DNA from: an uncultured delta proteobacterium
Lineage (GTDB): Bacteria; Myxococcota_A; Polyangia; Fen-1088
NCBI GenBank assembly: GCA_963796685.1
Contig: CAWCMR010000025.1
Span: forward strand, 1,632,001-1,696,000
Length of the DNA stretch: 64,000 nucleotides
Direction: 5' to 3'
The notes below the pieces were generated by a model, which ran no database searches, was not told the DNA's origin, and saw nothing but the letters and a program-made list of their open reading frames with translations. How positions within the stretch are numbered: position 1 is the stretch's first letter; every line of letters begins with the position of its first letter. Positions 23,621 through 32,160 of the stretch are shown here, piece by piece. The position numbers were made by a program, and so were the translations under genes.

Positions 23621-23694
23621 CGCGCCCGGAGGGAATCGAACCCCCAGCCCTCGGCTTCGAAGGCCGATGCTCTATCCAGTTGAGCTACGGGCGC
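23621..23694 (-). tRNA. tRNA-Arg(TCG), CCA not encoded
   Basis: GCGCCCGTAGCTCAACTGGATAGAGC-A-TCGGC-CTTCGAA-GCCGA...GTTCGATT...CGGGCGCG. Confidence 0.95.
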
Positions 23695-23923
23695 AAGCGG
23701 AAGGATCGCAGTGATACCACTGTCGCGCTGGGTGGGGAAGCGGGGAAGGTGAGCTCGCGACGGGCGAACTCCTCGTGGACAGTCGCGGACGGTCGCGACC
23801 GGTTAACGCATAATGCTACCGAGGAGGGCAGGGGTCGTCGCCCGGAATGAACCCGACACCAAAAGGGTTGGAAATGGGTGCGTCTTGTGAGAATGATTCA
23901 CCCGTGTTAAACGACCGGCCCAC

Positions 23924-23999
<76 letters not shown>

Positions 24000-24043
24000 T
24001 CGAAGACTTCCTTCGAAAATGTTGAAACGGTTGTCTTTGATCG

Positions 24044-24073
24044 GTGCCGGTCGTGTCTCACCACGACCGGCAC
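24044..24073. terminator. 12-bp perfect hairpin between convergent tRNA-Phe and integrase
   Basis: GTGCCGGTCGTG-TCTCAC-CACGACCGGCAC. Confidence 0.6.
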
Positions 24074-24076
24074 TTC

Positions 24077-25009
24077 CTATTTGCGGCTTGCACCTCCCGC
24101 GTTATCGTTGGCTTCCATGCTGTCGAGGGCTTCAGTCACCTCCCCGAGCTGAGCTGGAAGGGCATGGGCGTAGGTTCTGGCCATCATCTCGGGTGAGCTG
24201 TGGCCGGCAAATCTGCATGCCGCCGGCGTGATGCCCGTCTTGCGGACGATCCACGAAAGACAGGTGTGACGGAGCGCGGTTGCATTGAGATCGGGCAGCC
24301 CGCAGCGTCGGCAGTGGCGGGGCAACGTGGTTTTCCTCGAGGGCCAGGGCCGCACCATGTGGTCGAGAGGCCGCGGGCGATCCCGCTGGAACATCTCCCG
24401 AAGCACTTCAAGTAGCGGGCGCGGAATTTTGACCTTGAGGCCTTCGCTGAGCTTGTTTTTCGTGTTGCGGATCAACATCGTCTCTTCCTGCAAATCAACG
24501 TCGGACCAGGTCATTCGCTCGACGTCGCTGGCATGCTGGCCAGTCCAGAGCGCCAACCAATACCACTCAGCCCGGTGCTTCGGAAGAGACTCGTAGAGGT
24601 TCCGAGCCTGCGATGCCGAAATCAAGATCTTCGGCTGCGGCGGCCGCGGGCAAAGGAGGCGAGGAAAAGCGGGCACGCGTGCCAGTCGTCTCCGACGATG
24701 CTGCAACTCGATGGCGGCCTTTAGGGTGGACATGCGCTTGCGCAACGTCTCAGGCCCGGCGGGCGAACGTGCATGAATCGCCTTTTCCCGCGGCTTCGTG
24801 GCCAAGTTGTCGAGCACGAGCTCGTCGACTTGCTCGAGCGGGGTCATGGGGCCGAGGGTCACTTCCCAATACCGGCGGTGTGCTTCCTGCATTTCTAGGG
24901 TCGCTGGCGACCTGACGCCGTCGCGAACTCGCTGGGTGGTCACCTGGATGAGATCGCTGATGGCTTCGGCGATGGTGACGCTCCTGGGTGCCGATGATAG
25001 TTTGTTCAT
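24077..25009 (-). CDS. int: Tyrosine recombinase/integrase with atypical catalytic residues
   Basis: LWTGQHASDV..MTWSDVD, TKN, ALRHT, AGHSS..M...Y; RBS AGGAG; adjacent to attL. Confidence 0.88.
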   Translation of the reverse strand: MNKLSSAPRSVTIAEAISDLIQVTTQRVRDGVRSPATLEMQEAHRRYWEVTLGPMTPLEQVDELVLDNLATKPREKAIHARSPAGPETLRKRMSTLKAAIELQHRRRRLARVPAFPRLLCPRPPQPKILISASQARNLYESLPKHRAEWYWLALWTGQHASDVERMTWSDVDLQEETMLIRNTKNKLSEGLKVKIPRPLLEVLREMFQRDRPRPLDHMVRPWPSRKTTLPRHCRRCGLPDLNATALRHTCLSWIVRKTGITPAACRFAGHSSPEMMARTYAHALPAQLGEVTEALDSMEANDNAGGASRK

Positions 25010-25368
25010 GCGGTTCTCCTGGTCGTTTCGGGAGATGTTGGGCTCCGGGCGGGGAGCTCGGCCGCCCCTTCCTCGAGCTCGCAACTCTTGGGAGGGGTGC
25101 GCATCCGCCTTTGAGGGATGCTGCACGAGGCATTAAAGCACTTGCTGTGCCATCGCACAAGACCATCGCACAAGGCGGCGCGCATGTAGGTGTGACAGCT
25201 CGGCACGCTCAGATGGGCGCCATCCGCACGATCCCGTGAGGATCGCGGCGCCTGGCCTGGTGCCTGGCCCGGAGAGCGATTTGTGCGATGTTCATGGACC
25301 GCAGGTGCTCGGCGCCGCGCGCGCCTCTGGCGCGTTCCTGTGTTGCATCCCTCGAGAGCAGTTTCGCG

Positions 25369-25920
25369 TCACGGCACGGGTGAGGCGGAATGAGCGATGA
25401 AGGTCCCGTCGGATTTGAAGCAACCGATCACAGCCGCGCCCATGCCGGTGGGTGCCGACGTTTCGAGCTGGCAGGCAAGATAGCTCGTGCCGGTGTTCAC
25501 GCTCAGGCTGTTGCCGGTTTTGCTGTAGGTCCAAGCCCCAGCATTTCCCGAGAAGGAGATCACACCCTGGCAGCTCGAAGACATCAGTCGGACGTTGATG
25601 GTGCTCGTCGCGGGGGTGAGCGTGTACGTCCCCTGGTCGATGCGCATTCCGTAGGTGCCGTCCGTCAGCAGCTCGAGAATGTCCATTTCGAAATTGGTTC
25701 CGTCGAACTTGAACCGGATGGTCGTGTTCCCGCTGGAGTCCACTTGGTCGATCCAAGTCCCCAGCAGAGGATCGACGAATGTGTCGGGCGCAGCATCTGG
25801 AATCGCCGGCGCAACGTCTGGAAGTGCCGAGGCATCTGGAGTGAAGGGTGGGGAGCTTGAGCCGTTCGAACCACAAGCCACGAGCGCCAATAGGACCAAC
25901 GAAGCGATGAGGATTTTCAT
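25369..25920 (-). CDS. Lipoprotein
   Basis: MKILIASLVLLALVAC lipobox, Ser/Pro linker, LLGTW beta-rich domain. Confidence 0.75.
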   Translation of the reverse strand: MKILIASLVLLALVACGSNGSSSPPFTPDASALPDVAPAIPDAAPDTFVDPLLGTWIDQVDSSGNTTIRFKFDGTNFEMDILELLTDGTYGMRIDQGTYTLTPATSTINVRLMSSSCQGVISFSGNAGAWTYSKTGNSLSVNTGTSYLACQLETSAPTGMGAAVIGCFKSDGTFIAHSASPVP

Positions 25921-26085
25921 CGCCCCCATTGTCGCCCCGAATCACCTTTTCGGCAACTGAGGCGCGAAACGATCTGTGGCCTCGGATGGCCACATTTCCC
26001 CACCCTTTCGGGAGGTTCGTTTCGCTCCGACATGCGAGCGACCAATGTGGCCATCCCAGGCCACGATCCGAAGTCTACACCGCAG

Positions 26086-26271
26086 TCACGGAAGAAACCG
26101 GCCGTAGTAGGTCCAGGCGCATGCGCTCCACGCGTCTCCCTTGGCGTCGATGCAAATCGTGGTGGCCGGTCGGTCCCGCACGCATGGTGGAAAAGCAGGG
26201 GGGTGGCGATCCGCGAGCTCGGGCGCGCATCCGATGGCAGTTGCGAGCATCGCCGCGAGCAGCAGCCTCAT
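26086..26271 (-). CDS. Small Cys/Pro-rich lipoprotein
   Basis: MRLLLAAMLATAIGC lipobox, 61 aa, coupled to the upstream ORF. Confidence 0.6.
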   Translation of the reverse strand: MRLLLAAMLATAIGCAPELADRHPPAFPPCVRDRPATTICIDAKGDAWSACAWTYYGRFLP

Positions 26272-26272
26272 T

Positions 26273-26467
26273 TTAGGCTTTCGGCAGCTCGTCTGTGACT
26301 GGGCGGCGATCCGCAGAGATCTTGAAGATCCGCGATACCTGGGGCAGGCCCGCGCAGATGAGCGAGGTGCCGACCGGGATGGCGAAGACGGCCGTGCCTG
26401 GCAGGAGTACTCCAAGTGCGACTGCGGCCAGGCCGAGGGCCACGGTAACGAGATCGATGGGATGCAT
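26273..26467 (-). CDS. Small 2-TM protein (holin-like)
   Basis: Two hydrophobic segments, charged C-terminus, RBS GGAGGT. Confidence 0.6.
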   Translation of the reverse strand: MHPIDLVTVALGLAAVALGVLLPGTAVFAIPVGTSLICAGLPQVSRIFKISADRRPVTDELPKA

Positions 26468-26483
26468 GGGTCACCTCCGAGTC

Positions 26484-26711
26484 TTATCGCCGCTTTTTCA
26501 CGACCGTGGTGGTGTCGGTTGCGCTCGACGTGTGCACGATGCCCGACTCCTCGTCCTTGGCGTGTTTCTTCAGAAAGGACCGGTTCACTTGGCTGTGGTT
26601 TCCCACCATGCCCCGCGTTGTGTTGCGCACGTGGGCGAGCCGCCAGATGACCACGCACGTCGCGATGAACAGTAGGATCGAGCCAACCAGGAAGAAAAGG
26701 GTGAGGCTCAA
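26484..26711 (-). CDS. Small single-TM protein
   Basis: TTG start overlapping the upstream stop; SLTLFFLVGSILLFIATCVVIW then basic tail. Confidence 0.55.
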   Translation of the reverse strand: MSLTLFFLVGSILLFIATCVVIWRLAHVRNTTRGMVGNHSQVNRSFLKKHAKDEESGIVHTSSATDTTTVVKKRR

Positions 26712-27074
26712 AGGCCGACCTGGGCAACGCCATCGTGAACGGGAAGACGTTGTGCGTGGATCAGACCTTGCTCGATGAGTACTTCGCGTACGGCCTGTCT
26801 GAACACGGCCTTTGCAGCCACAGCCCCCGCCACATTCAAGACGAGCACCATTCCTGAGATGACGAGCGCAGCCACGGCCAGCCGGCGGAGGATGAACAGC
26901 GCCGGACACCAACGGGAATGTGTGTCCACGTATCGCTTGACCCACCCCACCGAAGCATTCTTTTTCCACTCCTTGAGCAATTCCTCGGGCGGCGGCGTCC
27001 GATCGAGGGCGTCGTATTCTGCCCGCTCGGCGGCAGTCAGTCTGCTCTACGATGCCCAGCGGGTTGTTGCTCAT
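26708..27074 (-). CDS. Single-TM protein, possibly frameshifted near 27045
   Basis: MSNNPLGIV in one frame, SRLTAAERAEYDALDRTPPPEELLKEW...TM in the next; alternatively a TTG start at 26980. Confidence 0.45.
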
Positions 27075-27115
27075 AGATCATCTCAGATGCTACTAGCCGA
27101 AGCTCAGATCCACCC

Positions 27116-27601
27116 CTATTGGATGGGCAAACGTGGCGAGAAATAGACCATTCCGTGCCAGACGAGCGATCCTTTGACCTGCGTGCCCATGGTGCCGAAC
27201 CCAAAGGACGCGTAATCTGCGGCGTTCAGCATCAGGGCAAATCCGACCTGGTTTGGCAACGAGGAGGCGAGACGAGTCTGCACGCAGATGTCAGCGCCGG
27301 AGGCATACCACTGCGTGGGCTTGTACGTCATCCCGTAGCAGAATCCGGCGGGAACCACATCTATCCCTGCAGCCATCTGTCCCGTCTTCAGGTCGATGAC
27401 AAGCGAGGGCAAGACGGCGCTCCCATGGGCATTGAGCTTGCAAGTGCAGACGTGCGCGGCGCTGGGCACGCAGATCGAACCATCGACATTCGGCTCATAG
27501 GAAACGCAGCCTCCCCCCCACGGATTGTTCGCATCCGCTTTAGCCGCGGGGGTGCTGGTGATGGCAAGGGCGAGAATCAGGATTGAGAACAGCGTGCGCA
27601 T
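27116..27601 (-). CDS. Secreted Cys-rich beta protein
   Basis: Signal peptide (AKA-D), 6 Cys, RBS AAGGAG. Confidence 0.7.
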   Translation of the reverse strand: MRTLFSILILALAITSTPAAKADANNPWGGGCVSYEPNVDGSICVPSAAHVCTCKLNAHGSAVLPSLVIDLKTGQMAAGIDVVPAGFCYGMTYKPTQWYASGADICVQTRLASSLPNQVGFALMLNAADYASFGFGTMGTQVKGSLVWHGMVYFSPRLPIQ

Positions 27602-27611
27602 GTGGGGCTCC

Positions 27612-27854
27612 TTACGTGGCATAGGGATCACCGACCCATCCGGTGTTGTGCATGAACTGCGTCTTCCCGTCGGGGCTCACCTCGAGCCATCCGGTCACTC
27701 CGGCCTGGTAGACCGACCACCCATAGGAGATCGCGTCTTGCGGGCTGGTGTGCCCAGCAGAGGCTGCACCCTTCATCGCCCGATAGGCGATCCAGGCCGC
27801 GGCCAGGCCGAGAACGATCGCCAGTGCCGTGTGAGCCTTGAGCCATGCTTTCAT
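27612..27854 (-). CDS. Small N-terminal TM protein (virion membrane candidate)
   Basis: MKAWLKAHTALAIVLGLAAAWIAYR; ATGA overlap. Confidence 0.65.
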   Translation of the reverse strand: MKAWLKAHTALAIVLGLAAAWIAYRAMKGAASAGHTSPQDAISYGWSVYQAGVTGWLEVSPDGKTQFMHNTGWVGDPYAT

Positions 27855-28012
27855 GCGCAGCCTCGAGTCCGCGAGCTCGTGGGAGTCCCCGATGCGAAGC
27901 TGGAGCTCGCCGCCACCGGCCCGCGCTTGTGGCGAGGCTTGCCTTGCTCGAGCCACCACCAGGCGATCGCGCCGCCGAGCAGAAGCCAGAAAATGCGCTG
28001 CCAGTTGCCCAT
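27851..28012 (-). CDS. 53-aa N-terminal TM protein (not in the ORF track)
   Basis: MGNWQRIFWLLLGGAIAWWWLEQGKPRHKR...; fills the gap between coupled genes. Confidence 0.65.
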   Translation of the reverse strand: MGNWQRIFWLLLGGAIAWWWLEQGKPRHKRGPVAASSSFASGTPTSSRTRGCA

Positions 28013-28013
28013 G

Positions 28014-28454
28014 TCAGTAAATCACGTAGCCGTTGGAGGGCAGGTCCGGGTTGTTCGGATTGGCCGCGACTGCGGCAGCGGCGGCCGCGGCACCCTGCGC
28101 GGCGACGTCGGCCAGGTCGAAGGTAACAAGCTGGGCCTGACCTGTACTGTAGGCGCCATATTGCGCGGCCGCGACGGGCGAGCTGCCTGCGCTGTAGAAG
28201 TCGCCCGTGCTGGGGTTGTACCAGCTGCCATCGACCTTCGAGCGGTACCAGCCGGGATAGTTTGGATCCGTCACCGCCACGTAGTTGGACGGGTTCGTGT
28301 CGAACTGCGCAGCGTTGCCCGGATCTTGGCTCATCACGATTTGCGTGATCTTCGGCCCGGCGGAAGCTGGGAGCGTGTTGGAGACCAGGCTCTTCTTGCG
28401 GAAGAAGATCAGGTAGACGCCGATGGCAATTCCGAGCCAGTGATACCACTTCAT
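28014..28454 (-). CDS. N-terminal TM protein with aromatic-rich domain
   Basis: MKWYHWLGIAIGVYLIFFRKK...; ATGA overlap. Confidence 0.7.
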   Translation of the reverse strand: MKWYHWLGIAIGVYLIFFRKKSLVSNTLPASAGPKITQIVMSQDPGNAAQFDTNPSNYVAVTDPNYPGWYRSKVDGSWYNPSTGDFYSAGSSPVAAAQYGAYSTGQAQLVTFDLADVAAQGAAAAAAAVAANPNNPDLPSNGYVIY

Positions 28455-28615
28455 TGCAGGAGTCCTTTCAGCTGGTCGATCCCCGATCCGATGTCCGCAG
28501 CCTCCTTGATGGTCGCTCGGTTCTTCCAGGCCCACTTGATCTCGTCCCAGTACGCGATCGTCGCGGCCACCACTACCACCGTTACGATCCAGGCGATGCC
28601 GTTGAGGTACTTCAT
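28451..28615 (-). CDS. 54-aa N-terminal TM protein
   Basis: MKYLNGIAWIVTVVVVAATIAYW...; overlaps both neighbours. Confidence 0.65.
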   Translation of the reverse strand: MKYLNGIAWIVTVVVVAATIAYWDEIKWAWKNRATIKEAADIGSGIDQLKGLLQ

Positions 28616-29184
28616 CGGGTTTTCCCCCACTTGCGCCACGCCCAGATCCCGAGGATTGCCAGGACCAAGATCCACCAGATGCCGCCGAGGAAGTTGCCGA
28701 GGAACTTGGAGACGACGTTCGCGATCTTGTCGCCCAGGTCACCGACCACGGGCACCACTGCGTCGGACACCTGGGCCGCCACGGAAGTGTGGAAGAGGCT
28801 ATCGTTGAGCTCGATGGCGCTCGATGCGGTTTGTACGCTGCCAGCGACCACCGAGCGAAGATCGTTCGGCGCCACGCTGGGCAGGGGCGAATCCCAGCCC
28901 GCAGAATTCCCCGCGTCCTGCACGAGGCTGTCGACGGCGTACAGATGAGCAAGCTCGGTGTCGAGCGTGTCCTTCATCGCGGCGGCGTCGTCGGGGGAAA
29001 TGGCGCTCAGGACCGCCAGGTTGATCGTGTCCAGCGCGCCGTTCGCTTTCCAGTTGTTGTAAAGGGTCAGGCTCGAGTAGCAGTCCAGGATCGCGTGTTG
29101 CATCGTACTGAGGACATCCGTCGCCTGCTGGCACGTGGTGCCCGGACCGATCGTCTTCGCGAGATTTGCGCCATAGAGAGCCAC
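28612..29184 (-). CDS. Helical protein with C-terminal TM anchor
   Basis: Ends GGIWWILVLAILGIWAWRKWGKTR. Confidence 0.7.
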   Translation of the reverse strand: MALYGANLAKTIGPGTTCQQATDVLSTMQHAILDCYSSLTLYNNWKANGALDTINLAVLSAISPDDAAAMKDTLDTELAHLYAVDSLVQDAGNSAGWDSPLPSVAPNDLRSVVAGSVQTASSAIELNDSLFHTSVAAQVSDAVVPVVGDLGDKIANVVSKFLGNFLGGIWWILVLAILGIWAWRKWGKTR

Positions 29185-29664
29185 TCAGAACCCTCCCCCC
29201 GCTCGATTGGCCGAGTAGTTTGAGAGGACTCGCTGGATCTCGGCCTTGGCGGCCGTCGTATCCATGCCGTTCTTTGTGGCATCCGCGTACCAGTCGTAAA
29301 GGTTCACGCCTCCACTCATGCCCGCATAGTACGTGTGCCGATTGAGCATCGCGATCGTGTCCGGCGACAAGACCGAGGCCGAAAGCGCAGCGTCGCTGAC
29401 GTCCCCGGGCGCGAACCCCTCCATCGTCAGTGAGCTGCCCGTAACCACTGCAGGAGGGGCAGGCGGATCGAGAATGGAAGGCCCGCTCGAGGCGATGTCG
29501 ATCGCCGGCGGCGGAGGCGCAGGAGCTGGCGCAGGAGGCGGAGGAGCCGGCGCGGCGGCTGGCGGCACCGACGGCTTTCGCTTGGTCCACCACACGATCG
29601 CGATCAGCAGTACGGCTCCAAGGCCCCACAGCCATTCGCGATCGGTGTTCGCCGCAGCAGCCAT
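29185..29664 (-). CDS. N-terminal TM, Pro/Ala-rich linker protein
   Basis: WLWGLGAVLLIAIVWW then PAAAPAPPPPAPAP. Confidence 0.7.
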   Translation of the reverse strand: MAAAANTDREWLWGLGAVLLIAIVWWTKRKPSVPPAAAPAPPPPAPAPAPPPPAIDIASSGPSILDPPAPPAVVTGSSLTMEGFAPGDVSDAALSASVLSPDTIAMLNRHTYYAGMSGGVNLYDWYADATKNGMDTTAAKAEIQRVLSNYSANRAGGGF

Positions 29665-29670
29665 GGTTCT

Positions 29671-30519
29671 CTACGCGTACAGCATCTCGACGTGCAGAGC
29701 GCCAGCGGTGAGATCGGCGATCGTCGCCGGTCCAGTCACCTGCAGCTGCACATAGATATCGGCCGTCCAGGTCGCTGGATCGAGCTGGCCTCCGCCGTCG
29801 AACAAGAGCGCGATGCCCGGCGTGATTCCCAAGTCGACGCGTCCACCAGCACAGAGCGCGCCGGCGCCCGATCCGCTGCCATCGCCGATCGAGGCATAGA
29901 TAGCCCCGGCCGCGGGCTCCGCAAATGGCGTGCGGCGGACGAGGCGAAAGCCCACCCAGCGGTGAAACCCGAGTGGCGGATAGGCGCCCATCTGCAGGAC
30001 CAATTTCGAGCCCTGGTCACCGCCTTGCCCACCGTCCGCGAAGGCGGCAAATCCGAAATCGGCGAAGGCGGTCTTGATCAAGCCTTGTGGCGACGCCGGG
30101 CCTTCGTTCAGGTTCACCAAGTTGAGCAGCTGGTGGAAGTCGATCCATTCCTTGTCGCCGCTGCCCAGCTTGAGCCACCAGTACCCACCCCCCGGATCTC
30201 CGGGGCTCTTGAGCACGGCGATCGATCCCACCGGGCGAGCGAGGCCAGGATCCACCGTCGGCGCCGCAGTGACAGGCTCTGCCACGCTGGTCAGATCGAG
30301 CCACTGGATATCGTTCGCGGCGGTCAGGTGCACGAACAGGTGTCCGTCGTAGACGCCCTGCTGCCCCAGTGCTGCGAGGGTCGGCGTCACACGGGGATCC
30401 GCAGTCAGTGTCAAGATTTGCATGTCTTCTTCTCCTTCTTGGGCTTTGACGATCTGGCCGGCGAGCACCAGCGAGAGCCGATCCCAGTTCACGAGGCCGC
30501 CAAGTGGTGTCGTGCTCAT
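29671..30519 (-). CDS. Hypothetical structural protein (spike/vertex candidate)
   Basis: 282 aa, beta-rich C-terminal domain, within the structural operon. Confidence 0.6.
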   Translation of the reverse strand: MSTTPLGGLVNWDRLSLVLAGQIVKAQEGEEDMQILTLTADPRVTPTLAALGQQGVYDGHLFVHLTAANDIQWLDLTSVAEPVTAAPTVDPGLARPVGSIAVLKSPGDPGGGYWWLKLGSGDKEWIDFHQLLNLVNLNEGPASPQGLIKTAFADFGFAAFADGGQGGDQGSKLVLQMGAYPPLGFHRWVGFRLVRRTPFAEPAAGAIYASIGDGSGSGAGALCAGGRVDLGITPGIALLFDGGGQLDPATWTADIYVQLQVTGPATIADLTAGALHVEMLYA

Positions 30520-31163
30520 GCTGCCTCCGCTTGGATCTGGTCGGCTACGGACTGGGGAACGAAGATGCGGAGCGAGCTCACTCCGCCGACATCGATGGGC
30601 ACGATGCCCATGCTCTCGAACCAGCTGTCACAGACATTCTGGTAGTCGGTCAGCGTCTTGAAGCCCGTCTTGTGCACCCAGTGCTTTGCGCCGTACGAAT
30701 AGTCCTCGGCCGTGCCGGCGCGATTTGCCTCGGAGTACTTGAGATCGTCTTCCCAGGGACCGTTGGCCGTTGAACAGTAGCGTCCTGGCTGCGTGCCCAT
30801 GCCATGCCCACCGGTGACGGCCTGCTCGATGCTCACGCCCTCGGCCGCGGCGTAGTTCATGACGATGCGCTGGATCAGCGTCTTTTCCTTTTCGCCGGCG
30901 TGGGCGTGTTCGCTCGCTGACACGGCAGCTAGAATGTAGGCCTCGCGTGCAACCGGCCGGCCGACGATGGCCGCGGCGCCGGCGACCAGGTCGTCCACGG
31001 ACTCGATGTTGTTGCCTTTGTCGTCCTGGTTATGAGTCCCGAGGCGCCGGCCGCGGCCGATGAAGTTGGTAATCAGCATGATGGGCGTGTCTCCCGTGAA
31101 GAACCACCAGGCGCCGAAACCGCCGAGCAGCAGCCACAGCCAGTTTTTCTTGAGGAAGTCCAT
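30516..31163 (-). CDS. Membrane-anchored cell-wall hydrolase (SleB/Hydrolase_2-like)
   Basis: N-terminal TM; ILAAVSASE...GEKEK...IVMN...SIEQAV...DYSYGAKHW matches the SleB motif order. Confidence 0.6.
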   Translation of the reverse strand: MDFLKKNWLWLLLGGFGAWWFFTGDTPIMLITNFIGRGRRLGTHNQDDKGNNIESVDDLVAGAAAIVGRPVAREAYILAAVSASEHAHAGEKEKTLIQRIVMNYAAAEGVSIEQAVTGGHGMGTQPGRYCSTANGPWEDDLKYSEANRAGTAEDYSYGAKHWVHKTGFKTLTDYQNVCDSWFESMGIVPIDVGGVSSLRIFVPQSVADQIQAEAA

Positions 31164-31173
31164 TGCATGAGCT

Positions 31174-31770
31174 CTACCCAGCGGAGGGAACGAACACGAT
31201 CTCCTTGCCGTGCTTGATTTCGAGCTGCGCACACAGATCGGTGGCGAGCTGCCTGCATCCCAGGGGGAAGGCCTGCTTGGCCTGGATGCTGGACACTACC
31301 TCGTAGTCGTTGCCCTCCGGGCCGGTTGTCTGCGCGGTGATCTCGAATTCGACGCCTTGCAGTCCGCAACCGAGCTCGCACCCATCGTCCAGCACGCCGC
31401 CGGCGAGGAAGATGGCGGCCGGCAACGGATTGGTCAGCCTTCGATAGGGCTGATTCGGGTTGCCGGTTTTCACGAGAGGCCACGCAACGATCGTGCCCTG
31501 CACGTTCGTGGCGGGCTCAGGCGTGAGGGGTCCTGATTCACCGTCGCCCCAGAAGAAATCCAGCCGCAGCCGTCGGTGGAAGGTCACGATAACCTTGAGC
31601 AGTGGGTGCAAGCCCCAGATGGTCAGGGTTGTGATGTCCGGAAAGGACGGAGCCCACAGGTCCGGGCAGGCGTGCGCCAGGAGAATTTCTGCAGGCGTGT
31701 CCACTGGGAGATCCAGAGGGCGGACGCCCCCGAGATCCCAGCCGATGATGCTCCGTGAATTTTCCTCCAT
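31174..31770 (-). CDS. Beta-rich hypothetical protein (minor capsid/penton candidate)
   Basis: 198 aa, alternating beta strands, no TM, downstream of the capsid candidate. Confidence 0.55.
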   Translation of the reverse strand: MEENSRSIIGWDLGGVRPLDLPVDTPAEILLAHACPDLWAPSFPDITTLTIWGLHPLLKVIVTFHRRLRLDFFWGDGESGPLTPEPATNVQGTIVAWPLVKTGNPNQPYRRLTNPLPAAIFLAGGVLDDGCELGCGLQGVEFEITAQTTGPEGNDYEVVSSIQAKQAFPLGCRQLATDLCAQLEIKHGKEIVFVPSAG

Positions 31771-31773
31771 CGC

Positions 31774-31992
31774 CTAGTCTCCCGTGGCATCCGTCGACGG
31801 CGAGATCGAACCAGCCACCGTGTGCCAGAGGTTCGAGAGCCCCGTCGTGAGTACTCCGAGGCCGGTCAGCGTGGCCGCGGTGCCCGACGCCGGCGTTTGT
31901 GGCTTGAGCATCGTCGCCTTGGGCGACAGCATCTCGTAGAGGATGAAGACGCCGAGCGGGATCGCGACGTAGTACCACTTGAACCACTTCAT
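31774..31992 (-). CDS. 72-aa N-terminal TM protein
   Basis: MKWFKWYYVAIPLGVFILYEML; RBS AGGAGG. Confidence 0.7.
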   Translation of the reverse strand: MKWFKWYYVAIPLGVFILYEMLSPKATMLKPQTPASGTAATLTGLGVLTTGLSNLWHTVAGSISPSTDATGD

Positions 31993-32004
31993 TTTGCGAA
32001 CCTC

Positions 32005-32160
32005 CTAGAGAAAACCGATGCCGGCGCCGATCTTCAGAGCGTCCGACCAGCTCAGATCGCCCGATGGGGCCGGCGCGGGCTTGGCCAACACGACCACCAG
32101 CACGAGCAAGGCCGCGGCCGCGGCCACAACGATGAGCGTGATTTCAGTACCCTTGGCCAT
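32005..32160 (-). CDS. 51-aa TM protein (not in the ORF track)
   Basis: MAKGTEITLIVVAAAAALLVLVVVLAKPAPAPSGDLSWSDALKIGAGIGFL; TGATG overlap. Confidence 0.7.
   Translation of the reverse strand: MAKGTEITLIVVAAAAALLVLVVVLAKPAPAPSGDLSWSDALKIGAGIGFL

Larger units (their letters stand above)
16301..23662. mobile_element. Genomic island integrated at tRNA-Arg(TCG), 7,317 bp between att repeats, no integrase found
   Basis: Identical 45-bp direct repeats (3' half of tRNA-Arg) at 16301-16345 and 23618-23662; defence-like cargo. Confidence 0.88.

Noticed and set aside
24000-24077. Read-through from int across attP into the early operon after excision
   Set aside because: Orientation allows it, but a 12-bp hairpin follows the int stop and no promoter evidence is available
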